Source: a virus | Taxonomy: Duplodnaviria > Caudoviricetes | Length of the DNA: 64,000 nucleotides | Strand: one strand, 5' to 3' | IMG/VR virus record: IMGVR_UViG_3300030708_003106 | Span: 1 to 64,000 of that record | Shown here: piece after piece, positions 1-11,805 of the stretch | Layout: each line of letters opens with the position of its first letter | Position numbering within the stretch: the stretch's first letter is position 1 | Notes under the pieces: model-generated | What the model was told of the DNA's origin: nothing | Database searches by the model: none | The model's input: only the letters and a program-made list of their open reading frames with translations | Made by a program: the position numbers and the translations under genes

Positions 1-3000
1 GGTGATCCAAATGGAGTTGTTTATAGAGATTACACTGCGAATACTGCAGTTCCAAACTTCTCTCACCACAAACTTGCATGTTTTGAATATGCAGATGGAA
101 GGAATCGTACCTTTATCAGAGACGAATTTCTTAATTTTGAGTCGGATCTGACAGATCTCGAAATGTATTATGCTAAGGTTGGACTTGTCTATGGTCAGTC
201 CTCTGGAAGACCTATTGAACCAGACTTCCCAACTAATACTTTAGATATTCAACCAAAAATTGATGAAACGAGAATTGTTGGATCATCAGGTCTTTCTGTA
301 GGTATTACCAGTATTAGATCTGGTGATGGAACTACTCCAAGTAATACAATTACAGTAACTACAAATATTGATGTAAATGGATTAGATGTTGATACTCCCT
401 TTAGAGTTGAAGGTGTTGTTGCTGGTGGATATAATGGTCAATTTGTCGTAAATCAGAAATTATCTTCCACTCAAATTCAATACAAAGTCCAAAATCCTCC
501 AGCAATTGCACTTCCTGCTACTGCTGGTGCATCTTTATCATTACAGTCTGATACAGTAACATCAGCATCACCATATATCTTCAACATCTCTCTGAGATCC
601 GTTTTTGGTATGTGCGGAATGCTTGCTGATGGAGATAAGGTTACTGGATTCAAGTCAATGGTCGTGGCACAGTTCACGGGTATTGGTCTTCAAAAGGATG
701 ATAAGGCATTTGTTGTCTTTAACCAAGATTCTCCACCAACAGGTAATTATGATGACAATACCATTGCTGGTAATGAAACAATAAGTAATAATTCCAGAGC
801 AAGATATAAACCAAAGTATAAGAACTTCCATATTAAGGTTACAAATAATTCAATTATTCAGGCAGTTTCTGTTTTCGCTATTGGATTTGCAGAACACTTT
901 GTAACTGAATCTGGTGGTGACATTTCTATCACCAACTCCAACTCCAACTTTGGTGCTAAAGCACTGGTTGCGGAAGGATTTAAGGCAGATGCATTTGCTC
1001 AAGATGACATTGGATATATTACTCACATCATTCCGCCAAAAGAAATTCCTCTGACCGAAAGTTCTCTTGAGTTTGAGGCAATTGATGTATCTAAGACAGT
1101 TGGTGTTGGTTCTACTGGACAATTATTCTTATATGATCAAACTAACCAAGACGTTCCACCAGAGAATGTTCTTGAGGGATACAGAGTTGGTGCTAGAGAA
1201 AATGATCAAGTAAAACTTCTCATTGGTTCCGATGAATACCAAGCAAGAGTTGTAATGTCTGGATCTCAGACAAGTTCTGAGAAGACTTTTAGTGTTGAAA
1301 GAAATGTATCTGGAATTAATAGTATTGGAAGATACAGTAAAGATGGATTTGATAATGTAATTACATTAAAAAATGCCCATACTTTTGCAAATGGAGAATC
1401 TATTCGTGTTATTAGTGATGATGGTCAACTTCCAGATGGATTAAGTCCAAATACTGTTTACTATGCTATTACTGATACTAATGTTCTGAGTGGACTGACC
1501 ACCAATAGAAATATTAAAATTGCTAAAACGTTCAACGATGCGATTAATGCGGATAATGTCGTAATTAATGAAAAAGGTGGTAATTTACGTGTTGTAAGTA
1601 GAGTTTCTGATAAAAACTCCGGTGATATTGGACACCCAATTCAGTTTGATACCACAAACAATCAGTGGTATGTAAAGGTTTCAACTGCTTCAACTGAAAA
1701 TACGATTTATTCTACAGTAGTCGGACTTGGAGTGGCAAATCTTGGATCAGCAACCCCAAGAACATTCATATCTAGAAAAACTGATAATAGAAACGCAGAA
1801 GATATTCTATACAAACTAAGATATGTAATTCCATCAACAGCAGATGTTTCAAGACCACCTACAGATGGATTTATTTTACAAGAATCTAATACATCAATTG
1901 GATCAACTGATGCGGAAATTCAAACATACTTTGGAACTGGATCTATTACGAATGTAAACCAGCAAAGAAACTTTAAGTTTATTGCAGGTGCTAATTGGTC
2001 AAACCTTGAAGCAAGAATTGATACAGAACTTCCACACAAACTCTCAATTGGTTCTGAAGTCGAAATTATCAATGTCAAAAGTACTCTAAATCCAACTGGT
2101 CTTGGAAATTCTGGATTTAATAGAAATTATTCTGTAACAGGAATTAATAGTGCAAAGCAATTTACCGTTGGTCTTGCAACAAATCCTGGCGCATTTGACA
2201 CTGATACTACATTAAGAACTGTAGATCTTCCTCACTTTAAGAGAAAGAAATTTGATAATACATTCTATACTTATAGAATTAGTGAGTCTCAACAGTACAT
2301 TGCTGGAGAGCAAGATGGTGTATATTATCTGACTGTTCTTAATGCATCCAATTCTCCAACAGTAACACCATTTACTGAAGAAAAATTCTCTCAACCAGTT
2401 AAGAATCTTTTCCCACAAACTGACAGAGATACTCCAAACTCAGATCCAGATGAATCCAAATGTTTCGCATCTTCTGGATTGATTGGTGAAGTTGTTGTAA
2501 ATGATCCTAAGAAGAGTGTAACCAAAGAAACTACAAATAAATTTGTTCGTGATGTTAATATTGGTTTTGGTATAACTGATCTTGCTTCTCAGTCAGGAAC
2601 TGCTCATACAATTTACACTCAAGTAGATCATGGTTTTAATAGAGCTACTAGCTTGAGTATTGTTAATCCTGGTTCTGGATACGGTTCTGGAGCACCAGCA
2701 AATATTTACAATGCAAGATTAGTTGGTGGTGCTAGTGATGGCAAACATGCTACTGCTAAAATTACTGTAAACGGTAGTGGTACAATTACTGCTGTTAAAT
2801 TGATGGATGGTGGTAGTGCATATGGTGTTGGTAATACTTTAACTGTCGCTGGAGTTGCTCAAACAACAGGTTTCTCTGAAGCGGTAGTTCGTGTTGATTC
2901 AGTTTACAGTAATGTCGGAGATACTGTTAAAGTAATTGGTATTTCATCTGAGGGATATTCAAAATTTAATGATCTTTACAGAATTACTAGTGTCACATCA

Positions 3001-5331
3001 GATAGAACTTTTAATGCAGTATCTGTTAATACTAATGTAAACAGATCTGTTTTGGGTCTCGGTGTTACAGCATGTGCTGAGGCATATGGATACTTAACGG
3101 GAGAATCAATAAGAGTTTCTGGTTTAACTTATGATCATACTTCTGGTATTGCAACTGTAACTTCTTCAAATGCACATGGACTTGCTGTTGACCAAAAAGT
3201 TAAATTAACTGGAGCAAATCAATCTCAATATAATGGTGATTTTATTGTTACAGAAATTCTTGACGATTTATCACTTCCTACATATTCATTCTCAGTTAGA
3301 ATTGGTGTAGGAACTGCATCTCCATCCGCAACTGGCACAATCTTTGCTTACAGAGAAGGTGTTTCATCCAATGATGGTATTATCACAGTTGATAATGAAA
3401 ATCTCAATGGAAGAATGGTTGCAAATTATGCAGGTATAACAACTACGCTTTCTGCAACAATTTCAAGTCCATCAGATGAAAACATTTCTCTATCTGGAAT
3501 AGCACAACTCGATGTTAATATTGGAGATTATCTTGCAATTGAAGATGAAATTGTAAGGATTAAAACAACTGTTACGGGATTGAATCCTTTAACTGTTTTC
3601 CGTGGCGTTCTGGGAACAAGAAGAAAGGCACATGCTGCAAATTCAGTTGTCAGAAAGATTTTTATAAATCCTGTTGAATTTAGAAGACACTCGATTATTC
3701 GTGCTTCTGGTCATACTTTTGAATATGTTGGATTCGGTCCTGGTAATTACTCAACTGCATTACCAGATAAGCAAGATAGACAAATCAGTGCAGATGAAGA
3801 ACTCTTAGCACAATCAACTAAGAGAGAAGGTGGAATTAACTTCTACACAGGAATGAATGATAAGGGTATTTCTTACTCTGGTAATAAAAAATTAAGTACA
3901 ATTACTGGAAGTGAAGAAATCTTTGATACTCCTATTAAAACGATCACTGGTGAGGATATTTCAAACGTACCTGCACTTAATGTAATTAGTCCTGTTGAAG
4001 GATCTTTCAGTAGATCAATTCGTGTTGAGGGTGGTGCAGACAACAAGGTTGCATCTGAATTTAATGGTCCTCTGATTGTTAATAATAAGATCACTTCGAA
4101 CTCTCCCAAAGGTATTGAAGCAAATTCATTATTCCTTCAGGGTGATGCTACTGTTTCTAGAAAACAAACTGTAGGAATTTCTACTCCTGTTCTTTCTGGA
4201 AACCCAGGTGATGTTGTTTACTATGCAAATCCAGATGAGGGAGGATATGTTGGATGGATTTATACACAAGCAAATGATTGGAGAAGATTTGGTAATGTAA
4301 GTCTTTCTAAGGATCTTGATATTAACACTCTTGACAAATTGGGAATCGGAGCAACTAGTGTTTTAAATTCTCTCTTAAGAGTTGGTTCTGATATATTCAC
4401 TGTTAATGAAGATGGTGTTGGAATTGGAACTACTGCTTCTGGTTATTCTCTGAACATAATTGGCGATGCCAATATCTCTGGAATGATTACTGCAACTGAA
4501 TTTGTTGGTTCTGGTCAATATTTGACAAACTTAAATGCTGCAGCAACTGGATGGGACAATGCTACTGATGCTCTCTATAATAGTGATTTAAGTAAAAATG
4601 TTGGAATTGGCACTACAGTACCAAGATTTGTCTTAGAAGTTGGTCATATTGGACAAACTACGAAGACCTTCCAAGTAAATGGCAAATCTGAATTTACCGA
4701 TACTCTTACTGCTAATGCAGTGGCAGTTGGTGGAGCATTGACTGCTGTAGGAACTTATACAATTGACAATGTTACTTCAGGATTGATTCGTGCTTCACAA
4801 ATTTCTGTTGGAACTCAAAGTCCTACAGAGTTGGCATCTTTCCAAGTTGGTAGTGGAAGTGATCTTTTAGTTGTTAAGTCAGATGGACATTTAGGAATCG
4901 GCACAACGGCACCAAGAGCAGATGTTGACATTCTTGGTCATGCAAGAATTAGAACTCAGTCTGAAGATGCTAGAACAGTTAATTCTGTTTCTGGTGAAGT
5001 CACTCTTGATCTCAGCTTAGCACAAACTTTCTATGTTGGTGGTGGTGCAGGAAATATTACTGACTTTATTGTTGCGAATCCGCCGCATGGTAGTAGTACG
5101 TTCACTTTAGTTGTGACAAATACAAATCCTCCGAAGAGTATTGCTATTGATTCATTCAAGATGCAAAGTAATGGTGCTGTTGTTGATGTCAAATGGCCAG
5201 GAGGAGTTGTTCCAATTGTAACGAATGCTGCTAATGCCGTTGACATCTATTCATTCAAGATTCTTAACGGTCAAACATTAGAAACTCAAAGAGTTCTCTA
5301 TGGAGTCATCGGAGGTCAAAACTTCTCATGA
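1..5331 (+). CDS. Large tail-fibre/virion structural protein, 5'-truncated
   Basis: Frame is open from base 1 (GDPNGVVY...NFSHHKLACFEYADG) into the 163..5331 ORF. It has GIGT repeats and a C-terminal W-x-GG-x-x-P...D-I-Y-S-F fibre-tip module typical of cyanomyovirus fibres. Confidence 0.8.
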   Translation, partial: GDPNGVVYRDYTANTAVPNFSHHKLACFEYADGRNRTFIRDEFLNFESDLTDLEMYYAKVGLVYGQSSGRPIEPDFPTNTLDIQPKIDETRIVGSSGLSVGITSIRSGDGTTPSNTITVTTNIDVNGLDVDTPFRVEGVVAGGYNGQFVVNQKLSSTQIQYKVQNPPAIALPATAGASLSLQSDTVTSASPYIFNISLRSVFGMCGMLADGDKVTGFKSMVVAQFTGIGLQKDDKAFVVFNQDSPPTGNYDDNTIAGNETISNNSRARYKPKYKNFHIKVTNNSIIQAVSVFAIGFAEHFVTESGGDISITNSNSNFGAKALVAEGFKADAFAQDDIGYITHIIPPKEIPLTESSLEFEAIDVSKTVGVGSTGQLFLYDQTNQDVPPENVLEGYRVGARENDQVKLLIGSDEYQARVVMSGSQTSSEKTFSVERNVSGINSIGRYSKDGFDNVITLKNAHTFANGESIRVISDDGQLPDGLSPNTVYYAITDTNVLSGLTTNRNIKIAKTFNDAINADNVVINEKGGNLRVVSRVSDKNSGDIGHPIQFDTTNNQWYVKVSTASTENTIYSTVVGLGVANLGSATPRTFISRKTDNRNAEDILYKLRYVIPSTADVSRPPTDGFILQESNTSIGSTDAEIQTYFGTGSITNVNQQRNFKFIAGANWSNLEARIDTELPHKLSIGSEVEIINVKSTLNPTGLGNSGFNRNYSVTGINSAKQFTVGLATNPGAFDTDTTLRTVDLPHFKRKKFDNTFYTYRISESQQYIAGEQDGVYYLTVLNASNSPTVTPFTEEKFSQPVKNLFPQTDRDTPNSDPDESKCFASSGLIGEVVVNDPKKSVTKETTNKFVRDVNIGFGITDLASQSGTAHTIYTQVDHGFNRATSLSIVNPGSGYGSGAPANIYNARLVGGASDGKHATAKITVNGSGTITAVKLMDGGSAYGVGNTLTVAGVAQTTGFSEAVVRVDSVYSNVGDTVKVIGISSEGYSKFNDLYRITSVTSDRTFNAVSVNTNVNRSVLGLGVTACAEAYGYLTGESIRVSGLTYDHTSGIATVTSSNAHGLAVDQKVKLTGANQSQYNGDFIVTEILDDLSLPTYSFSVRIGVGTASPSATGTIFAYREGVSSNDGIITVDNENLNGRMVANYAGITTTLSATISSPSDENISLSGIAQLDVNIGDYLAIEDEIVRIKTTVTGLNPLTVFRGVLGTRRKAHAANSVVRKIFINPVEFRRHSIIRASGHTFEYVGFGPGNYSTALPDKQDRQISADEELLAQSTKREGGINFYTGMNDKGISYSGNKKLSTITGSEEIFDTPIKTITGEDISNVPALNVISPVEGSFSRSIRVEGGADNKVASEFNGPLIVNNKITSNSPKGIEANSLFLQGDATVSRKQTVGISTPVLSGNPGDVVYYANPDEGGYVGWIYTQANDWRRFGNVSLSKDLDINTLDKLGIGATSVLNSLLRVGSDIFTVNEDGVGIGTTASGYSLNIIGDANISGMITATEFVGSGQYLTNLNAAATGWDNATDALYNSDLSKNVGIGTTVPRFVLEVGHIGQTTKTFQVNGKSEFTDTLTANAVAVGGALTAVGTYTIDNVTSGLIRASQISVGTQSPTELASFQVGSGSDLLVVKSDGHLGIGTTAPRADVDILGHARIRTQSEDARTVNSVSGEVTLDLSLAQTFYVGGGAGNITDFIVANPPHGSSTFTLVVTNTNPPKSIAIDSFKMQSNGAVVDVKWPGGVVPIVTNAANAVDIYSFKILNGQTLETQRVLYGVIGGQNFS

Positions 5332-6980
5332 GTGAATTATTTCCAAACGTAAATACAACGTTGGATCTTAATGGTCCAACGTTGGTCTTCACCGAAAATC
5401 CTGTCGGACTTACGACAAATCATCGAGGTTCTGTAACACTGTCTGGATTTGCTACTGCAATATTTCCAGAGGGACAGACAGAAAGATCATCAAATACTGG
5501 ATCAATTGTTTATCAGTGGTATAACAATAACGGACCTTTAATCGATAGTATTAACGTAATTGGATCAGCAACTACAAGTCTTACAGTCACAAATCTTTTA
5601 AATCCCATAAACGCCCAAGATCAATTTTTTCTTCGCGCAGACTATATTCCTTCGGCATATGCAAATGGAACAACTGGAAATGCAGTAGTAGATCCGAAAG
5701 ATTCTGACACAGCTATTGTAATTACTGCACCTGAAATATCAGTGTCTGTTGCTACAACTCCAGTAACTACTGCAGAAAACCAAAATGCAACCTTTAACGT
5801 ATCTGCATCTATTACAGATAATAGTGCATTATCATATCAATGGAGAATTGATGGACAAATCATAAATGAACGTGCATATGCTAGTGGCGATCAATCAACA
5901 ACGTATACAGTTACGACAGGGGACATTGATGGACAAAATCTTGGTATTGGAACTTATCTTGTAAATTGCACAGTATCAAATCCAAACGCAATACCTTCTC
6001 AAGTAGTAAGTGATGACATATTACTAAATGTTGTTTCTGCAAGGTCTATACTTGCGTATGAACTAGTAGATTCTTCTTGGAATGGTGGAGGAGTTAAAGA
6101 TTTAGTCAATCAAGGATTCTTAGAATTTGACGCAAATGACTCTGACGAAAGATCTATTGTAATATATCCAACAGAGAAAGATGTTGATGTTCTTATTACT
6201 TTAGGTGGTTCTAAGGGTGATACTAAAAATGGAAATCGTGGTGGTGAGGGTGGATTATCTTCTTTCCGATTAACTTTAAATCAAAATGAAGAATACTTCA
6301 TTAGACTTGGTGTTCCATATTCAGTTGGCGGTAGTAATGATTTTGGTGGAGTTGTTGGTGGGGGAGGAGCATCCATTTTTCATAGAAGAGCAAACCGAGT
6401 TGCAGTCTGCGGCGGAGGCGGCGGTGGTGGACAAAATAATAGAGGTGGTGATGGTGGTGGAGTAAATCTTGCTGGAGAAGACGGTGTAGGAAGAAATGGT
6501 GGAAACGGAGGAGTAAGATTTGATATCGGTGAATTAGATGACGTTGGATCGTATGCAAAAACAGTGAACTTTAATAACACTACATCGTATAGTAATAATG
6601 CAAATAACGTAGTTGGAGGAAAACTTTCAACGTGTACTGTAGGCGATTACTGGGCGAATCAAGGTTATTCTCAATGTCAAAACTTAGGTAATATAAAGTA
6701 TAGAAACTCTAGTGGAACTGAAATTACACAAACCGCACAGATAGATAGAGGTTACAAAGCAGGAGGAAACTTTAGAAGAAATGGCGGAAATGGTAGTGGA
6801 AATCAAGGAGGTGGAGGCGCTGGAGTTGAAGGTGGATCAGCAGCATTATCGGATGGATCCGGTGGTGGAGGTGGATCTGGATATTCTAATGGAGAAATTA
6901 CTATAATTTCTTCAACTGTTGGTGGCAATAATGATTATGGTTATATAAAAATTGAAGATTATGGTAGTACTTTAACATAG
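5328..6980 (+). CDS. Virion structural protein with Ig-like and Gly-rich domains
   Basis: Two Ig-like YQW motifs and a C-terminal poly-Gly region; ATGA overlap with the previous gene. Confidence 0.7.
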   Translation: MSELFPNVNTTLDLNGPTLVFTENPVGLTTNHRGSVTLSGFATAIFPEGQTERSSNTGSIVYQWYNNNGPLIDSINVIGSATTSLTVTNLLNPINAQDQFFLRADYIPSAYANGTTGNAVVDPKDSDTAIVITAPEISVSVATTPVTTAENQNATFNVSASITDNSALSYQWRIDGQIINERAYASGDQSTTYTVTTGDIDGQNLGIGTYLVNCTVSNPNAIPSQVVSDDILLNVVSARSILAYELVDSSWNGGGVKDLVNQGFLEFDANDSDERSIVIYPTEKDVDVLITLGGSKGDTKNGNRGGEGGLSSFRLTLNQNEEYFIRLGVPYSVGGSNDFGGVVGGGGASIFHRRANRVAVCGGGGGGGQNNRGGDGGGVNLAGEDGVGRNGGNGGVRFDIGELDDVGSYAKTVNFNNTTSYSNNANNVVGGKLSTCTVGDYWANQGYSQCQNLGNIKYRNSSGTEITQTAQIDRGYKAGGNFRRNGGNGSGNQGGGGAGVEGGSAALSDGSGGGGGSGYSNGEITIISSTVGGNNDYGYIKIEDYGSTLT

Positions 6981-6988
6981 TATAAATA
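6981..6988 (+). promoter_or_regulatory. T4-type late promoter TATAAATA
   Basis: Exact T4 gp55 consensus in the intergenic region upstream of 7021. Confidence 0.75.
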
Positions 6989-7020
6989 ATAAAAACTAAG
7001 CGGGGGAGAGTGAACCCGAA

Positions 7021-10000
7021 ATGGCAGTAAGTAAGAATTTTGTCGTAAAAAATGGTATTGAGGTTAATGAAAACCTCATTGTGGCAGATTCTATCACAAA
7101 CAGAGTTGGCGTTGGGTCTACAACACCAAATGCAACTCTTGACGTTAAAGGAAAAGTAGCATCAAATACAGCTACTATCACAGATCAGTTCATTGTTGGA
7201 TCATCTGGAACAGTATTTAATGTTTACTCCAATGAAGCAAACATTGTTGGAGGTGGAGATACTGTTATAATTGGCGGAAAAACCAGTATCGATAATTCAT
7301 TAACAGTTGAACAACTAGCTACTTTCAAGTCTTCAGTTGTTATTGATAGTGCTGCAACTCTTAGACTTCCAGTTGGTGCAACAACTGAAAGACCTTCCCC
7401 TGCAGAAATAGGTCAAATAAGATACAATAATACTCTCAATACATTTGAAGGATATGGTGGGGGTAATGTTTGGAATAGTCTTGCTGGATTAAGAGACGTT
7501 GATTCTGACACATTCATCATTGCAGAAAGTATACCGAGTGCAGATGAAGATATTCTATACATTTATAATAAGGGTGTATTATCTGGAACAATTTCATCTA
7601 CTGAGAAAAATTTTGTAGGCGTTGTTTCGGCAAATAGTTACTTAGGAGAAGGTGGCAATTTAACTCTTGGAACTGGAAATACAGATGGCAATTTAGTAAC
7701 ACCTGGCGCACTCAATACATTTACATCTAATACTAAATTAATTGATAGTATTGATGATCTTAATGAATTGGCACTTAATATAATTAAGAATACTACAGTC
7801 ACAGAAGTTGATTTTTCAGCAGATACACTTGCTGGAGGTTCTCCACTTACAGTTACTGCAACAGTAACTCATACTGGCAATGCTGACTTTTATGATTATG
7901 ATTGGGGAGATGGAAATATTGACTACAATCAATCTACTGCTAATAAATCTCATACCTATACTAATCCTCTTGGAGGAGTTTTCAGTGTTGCAGTAACTGC
8001 AAAAGATAGTAGTGGTGCTGGAGCAGGAAGTAGTCAAACTCAGACTAGAAGCAATTATATTACTGTATACACTCCAGATCCTGATGTCACATTTGAACTT
8101 TACAGAACAACCACTGGAGGAACTGCACTTACAGGAAACGATCTATATGTTCTTGAGGGAGAATACCTGTACTTAGATAATAATACTACAAGAACATCAA
8201 ATGGAGTAAGTCCTACATATTCCATAAATTGGGGAGATGAATCTGCTATTTCTCTTGTTAATAGTAATACTGTTGGTGGTGGAGCCAGTGAAAGTGCTCC
8301 TAGACTTGGGCATCAGTGGGTTGAAGGTACAAAGAGCACTGGATTAGATACGATTACTTTAACTCTCGCAACACATACAACTGCTGATCCAGCAATTCTT
8401 CCACTAAGTGGCACAAAACAAATCAAAGTATATGAAGATACTCCAACTTTACCAAATGATTTAAGCACTAAAACTTTACCACCACCAGCAACTGTTGGAG
8501 TACCTGCAAGACTTGCTGTTGGATTTGCCGATAATATTCCAGGTGGAACGAGTTTAACTGCAGGAAATGCTGTAAATAGAGTGACTGGAGTCGCAACTGC
8601 TGGACCTCTTCAATCTTTTGCATATAATGCTGACAGTGGATTTTTACAGGCATTAGTGAATGGAGTAGGTCGTGGTGGAAGAACTCTCACTACTGGTGAT
8701 CAATCTGGAACTTATACCGATTTGATAATTTTCTCCGAACAAGATTATCAACTTTTAGACGCGGATGGTGATGATGTTACACTTGCAAATAGCATTTATT
8801 ATCCTGGATTTGCTAGGGGATTTAAAGCAGGTATTACCAGTTCGTCTTTACCATTTGGTATGAATGGTATGCAACTAACTCATACTGAAAGTGGTAATAC
8901 AAATGTTGCCGAGTTTATGCGTGACTATCTAACAGTAACTCCTACCGTTAGTATTGCATCTGCACAAGTTACTGAGTTAAGTGGATCAAATAAAAGGTTT
9001 GTCTCTGGAATTCCTCACTATAGGACAGGAGATCAAATCAGAGTAAGTGGTTTATCAGTAGACAATTTGACAGGAAATACTTATGCAGATGCTACAAATA
9101 TTATTGAAATTGATGATTCCACGAATTTGGAGGGAACAACTGGAAGTTCAATAACCAATAGTGATTTCAATTATCTCGCAATTAATAATCTCATTTCTCC
9201 AATGTTGACAGGATCAATTCCAAATGCGGGAGTTGGTACAATAACTGGATATGATGTGGGAATTTTGCCTGTTGACATAACTAGTGCCAATGTTAAGTGT
9301 ATCAACAAATTAAAAGTTCGCGCACAAAATAATAATGGATTTGGTTCATATACAAGTGATCTTGTTACTAAAGTTATGGTTCATAATGCGGAACAAAGTG
9401 GAATTAGTGAGATTGCAATTCCTGTCGCTGATGCACTAGGATCAATTTATGATGACGATGGTGTTAGAATCTTTGACTTTAACGCAGCAACCGCAGATAA
9501 TCCATCATTTAATGGATCTACTAATTTCTATACTAACAATCCATATACTGAGTCTTCTGATCCTGGAGTATCAGGAACAAAAGAGGCAACTATTAGATTT
9601 GGCGTCCTGAAGCATGATGTTACTGATTATTCTAATGGATACTTACCAGTAGGACCAGATAGAACTCTTGATACAGGAACTCAATATTTTACTTTTGCAT
9701 TTAGAAGACAATTAGTTGCAAACTTTACTGTAAATATTAATAGTTCTACTGGCATTCATGGTCTTTGGATTGCTGCACCAGGAACTCAAATAGATAGTAC
9801 TAGTGGTTTAAATGGATGGTTAAATGCCAGTGCCACATATGCTGGTTCTGGCGTTCCAGGATCTGGTGCTGGTGGTAATGGAAGTGATGGTTGTGCCTTT
9901 ACTTCTGGTGATAGAGTTACAACAGGATCAGCAATAAATGATGCATTTACATTGACTTTGGGAAGTGAAAATATGAGTAATGCTACTGGTAATGTTGTTT

Positions 10001-10056
10001 TAGTTAGAATTGCCCTAAACACAGGTCAAACCGTATCAAGCCTCAGCATAAGTTAG
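7021..10056 (+). CDS. Tail/virion structural protein with PKD-like domains
   Basis: YDYDWGDG...SHTY and INWGD motifs; LRLPVG...RP...GQIRYN fibre motif. Confidence 0.7.
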   Translation: MAVSKNFVVKNGIEVNENLIVADSITNRVGVGSTTPNATLDVKGKVASNTATITDQFIVGSSGTVFNVYSNEANIVGGGDTVIIGGKTSIDNSLTVEQLATFKSSVVIDSAATLRLPVGATTERPSPAEIGQIRYNNTLNTFEGYGGGNVWNSLAGLRDVDSDTFIIAESIPSADEDILYIYNKGVLSGTISSTEKNFVGVVSANSYLGEGGNLTLGTGNTDGNLVTPGALNTFTSNTKLIDSIDDLNELALNIIKNTTVTEVDFSADTLAGGSPLTVTATVTHTGNADFYDYDWGDGNIDYNQSTANKSHTYTNPLGGVFSVAVTAKDSSGAGAGSSQTQTRSNYITVYTPDPDVTFELYRTTTGGTALTGNDLYVLEGEYLYLDNNTTRTSNGVSPTYSINWGDESAISLVNSNTVGGGASESAPRLGHQWVEGTKSTGLDTITLTLATHTTADPAILPLSGTKQIKVYEDTPTLPNDLSTKTLPPPATVGVPARLAVGFADNIPGGTSLTAGNAVNRVTGVATAGPLQSFAYNADSGFLQALVNGVGRGGRTLTTGDQSGTYTDLIIFSEQDYQLLDADGDDVTLANSIYYPGFARGFKAGITSSSLPFGMNGMQLTHTESGNTNVAEFMRDYLTVTPTVSIASAQVTELSGSNKRFVSGIPHYRTGDQIRVSGLSVDNLTGNTYADATNIIEIDDSTNLEGTTGSSITNSDFNYLAINNLISPMLTGSIPNAGVGTITGYDVGILPVDITSANVKCINKLKVRAQNNNGFGSYTSDLVTKVMVHNAEQSGISEIAIPVADALGSIYDDDGVRIFDFNAATADNPSFNGSTNFYTNNPYTESSDPGVSGTKEATIRFGVLKHDVTDYSNGYLPVGPDRTLDTGTQYFTFAFRRQLVANFTVNINSSTGIHGLWIAAPGTQIDSTSGLNGWLNASATYAGSGVPGSGAGGNGSDGCAFTSGDRVTTGSAINDAFTLTLGSENMSNATGNVVLVRIALNTGQTVSSLSIS

Positions 10057-10071
10057 GAGATTATTTAAAAA

Positions 10072-11805
10072 ATGGCAATTTCAGATTCCCAAAAAGTTGA
10101 TTATCTTTGGAAAAAACTTGGTTATGGTAAAGCAAAGACCGATATAAGTGCTAATAAGCACGCAAATAATGAGTCTATTGCTAGTCCCATACTTATGAGA
10201 GGTGGCAATGTCTGGGCACAATCAGACGAAGTACCTACCGCATTGCCCGCAAGTAGTACAAATCTTGTAACAGTTTATCCAACAACAAACCCAGTAGAAA
10301 CTACTGCGGATGGTACTGCAACATTAAATAGAACTTGGACAACTGGACATACTGATTGGATTCCACCAGAATTTGGTGCAACATATGCAGTAAAAATATA
10401 TCTCCATACTTCTGGAGATGCTGCTAATGCTGCATCAAGTGGAACTCAATTATTTGCTGCTGGTTCTGAAAATAATGACGAATGGTTTTTTGATTATCAA
10501 GCAGGTGTCTTACACTTTATGGGAGATAATCTTCCCCATGGAGTAAGTTTTAGTGGAAAAAGTATTTACGTTAGTGGTGGTAGATACGCTGGTATTCAAG
10601 GCGTAACCGAACTAAATGGTATTGGAATTGCAACTGGTCCACATGATCTTAATGTTCCAGGAACTTTAGTTGGTTCGGCAGTCACTCTATTTGATTTTAG
10701 AGGAGTTGGTGTTGCAACTGTTTATTACGACTCTGGAATTGGAACAGTATTTTTTGAAGGTGCTGGAGAGTCCACTGTTGGTATTGGAACTGAAGCACCA
10801 GCTGATCCAGATGGGGGAGACCTTTGGTATAATGTCATGGATGGCAGAACTTATGTCTACTACGATGAGGCAATCGCTGGAGTAGGCACTGCTCGATTCT
10901 GGATTGATGCGGCACCATTTAACGTTGGTGAAATTGATATTATTAATATTAATGCAACTACTTTAACCGTATCTGGTGCTTCTTCGGTAGGAAATTTTGT
11001 TTCTAGTGGAGCAGCAGAACTCAATAATTTAAGTGTCACTGGAGTTTCTACATTTTCAAATACAGTAGGTTTTACTACAGCTACATTTGCTGATAATAAG
11101 AAAATTCTTTTGGGTGATAACACTGATTTACAAATATATCACGACGGAACAAGAAGCATCATTGATAATCCAAGATTAAATGATTTAAGAATACAGACAT
11201 CAGAGAATATACTTTCTATAACTCATAATGGTGGCATTGAAATTTACAACAATAATAACTCAAGATTTATATCTTCTGATTCTGGAAACACATTACGTGG
11301 ACAATCCGAATTAGATAAGGTTAATATTTCTGGAATTACCACTATTTCCGGTCCAACAAACCTTAATAGTTTAAATGCAACTGGCATATGTACAATATCA
11401 AACCTATCTGCATCTATTCTTACTGTTGATGGATTCCTCAATATTAATGAGGTTACTGAAGTTGTTGGAAACTTAACCGGTGCTGGTGGAGGTGGTGATG
11501 TTACACATGATTTAGAAACCAGTGCATTATGGTATCATACTTCAATTGCAGGTAATTTTACTATTGATGCTACTAATGTACCAACTGAGAATAACAGAGC
11601 AATAGCAATGACTTTGATTTTGGATCAAGGAGTAAATGGATATGTTCCTAGTGGATTTAAAATAGATGGTGTTGCCCAAGTGATCAAGTGGCAAGGTGGA
11701 GTTCAACCAACACCAAGCACACTTAACATAGATACTGTAACATTTACAATGCTTAGAGTAAATAATGCGTGGAAAGTACTCGGACAACTAACTATTTTTG
11801 ACTAA
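10072..11805 (+). CDS. Virion structural/tail protein
   Basis: AGGAG RBS; N-terminus MAISDSQKVDYLWKK; C-terminal WQGGVQP fibre module like that of the first ORF. Confidence 0.7.
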   Translation: MAISDSQKVDYLWKKLGYGKAKTDISANKHANNESIASPILMRGGNVWAQSDEVPTALPASSTNLVTVYPTTNPVETTADGTATLNRTWTTGHTDWIPPEFGATYAVKIYLHTSGDAANAASSGTQLFAAGSENNDEWFFDYQAGVLHFMGDNLPHGVSFSGKSIYVSGGRYAGIQGVTELNGIGIATGPHDLNVPGTLVGSAVTLFDFRGVGVATVYYDSGIGTVFFEGAGESTVGIGTEAPADPDGGDLWYNVMDGRTYVYYDEAIAGVGTARFWIDAAPFNVGEIDIININATTLTVSGASSVGNFVSSGAAELNNLSVTGVSTFSNTVGFTTATFADNKKILLGDNTDLQIYHDGTRSIIDNPRLNDLRIQTSENILSITHNGGIEIYNNNNSRFISSDSGNTLRGQSELDKVNISGITTISGPTNLNSLNATGICTISNLSASILTVDGFLNINEVTEVVGNLTGAGGGGDVTHDLETSALWYHTSIAGNFTIDATNVPTENNRAIAMTLILDQGVNGYVPSGFKIDGVAQVIKWQGGVQPTPSTLNIDTVTFTMLRVNNAWKVLGQLTIFD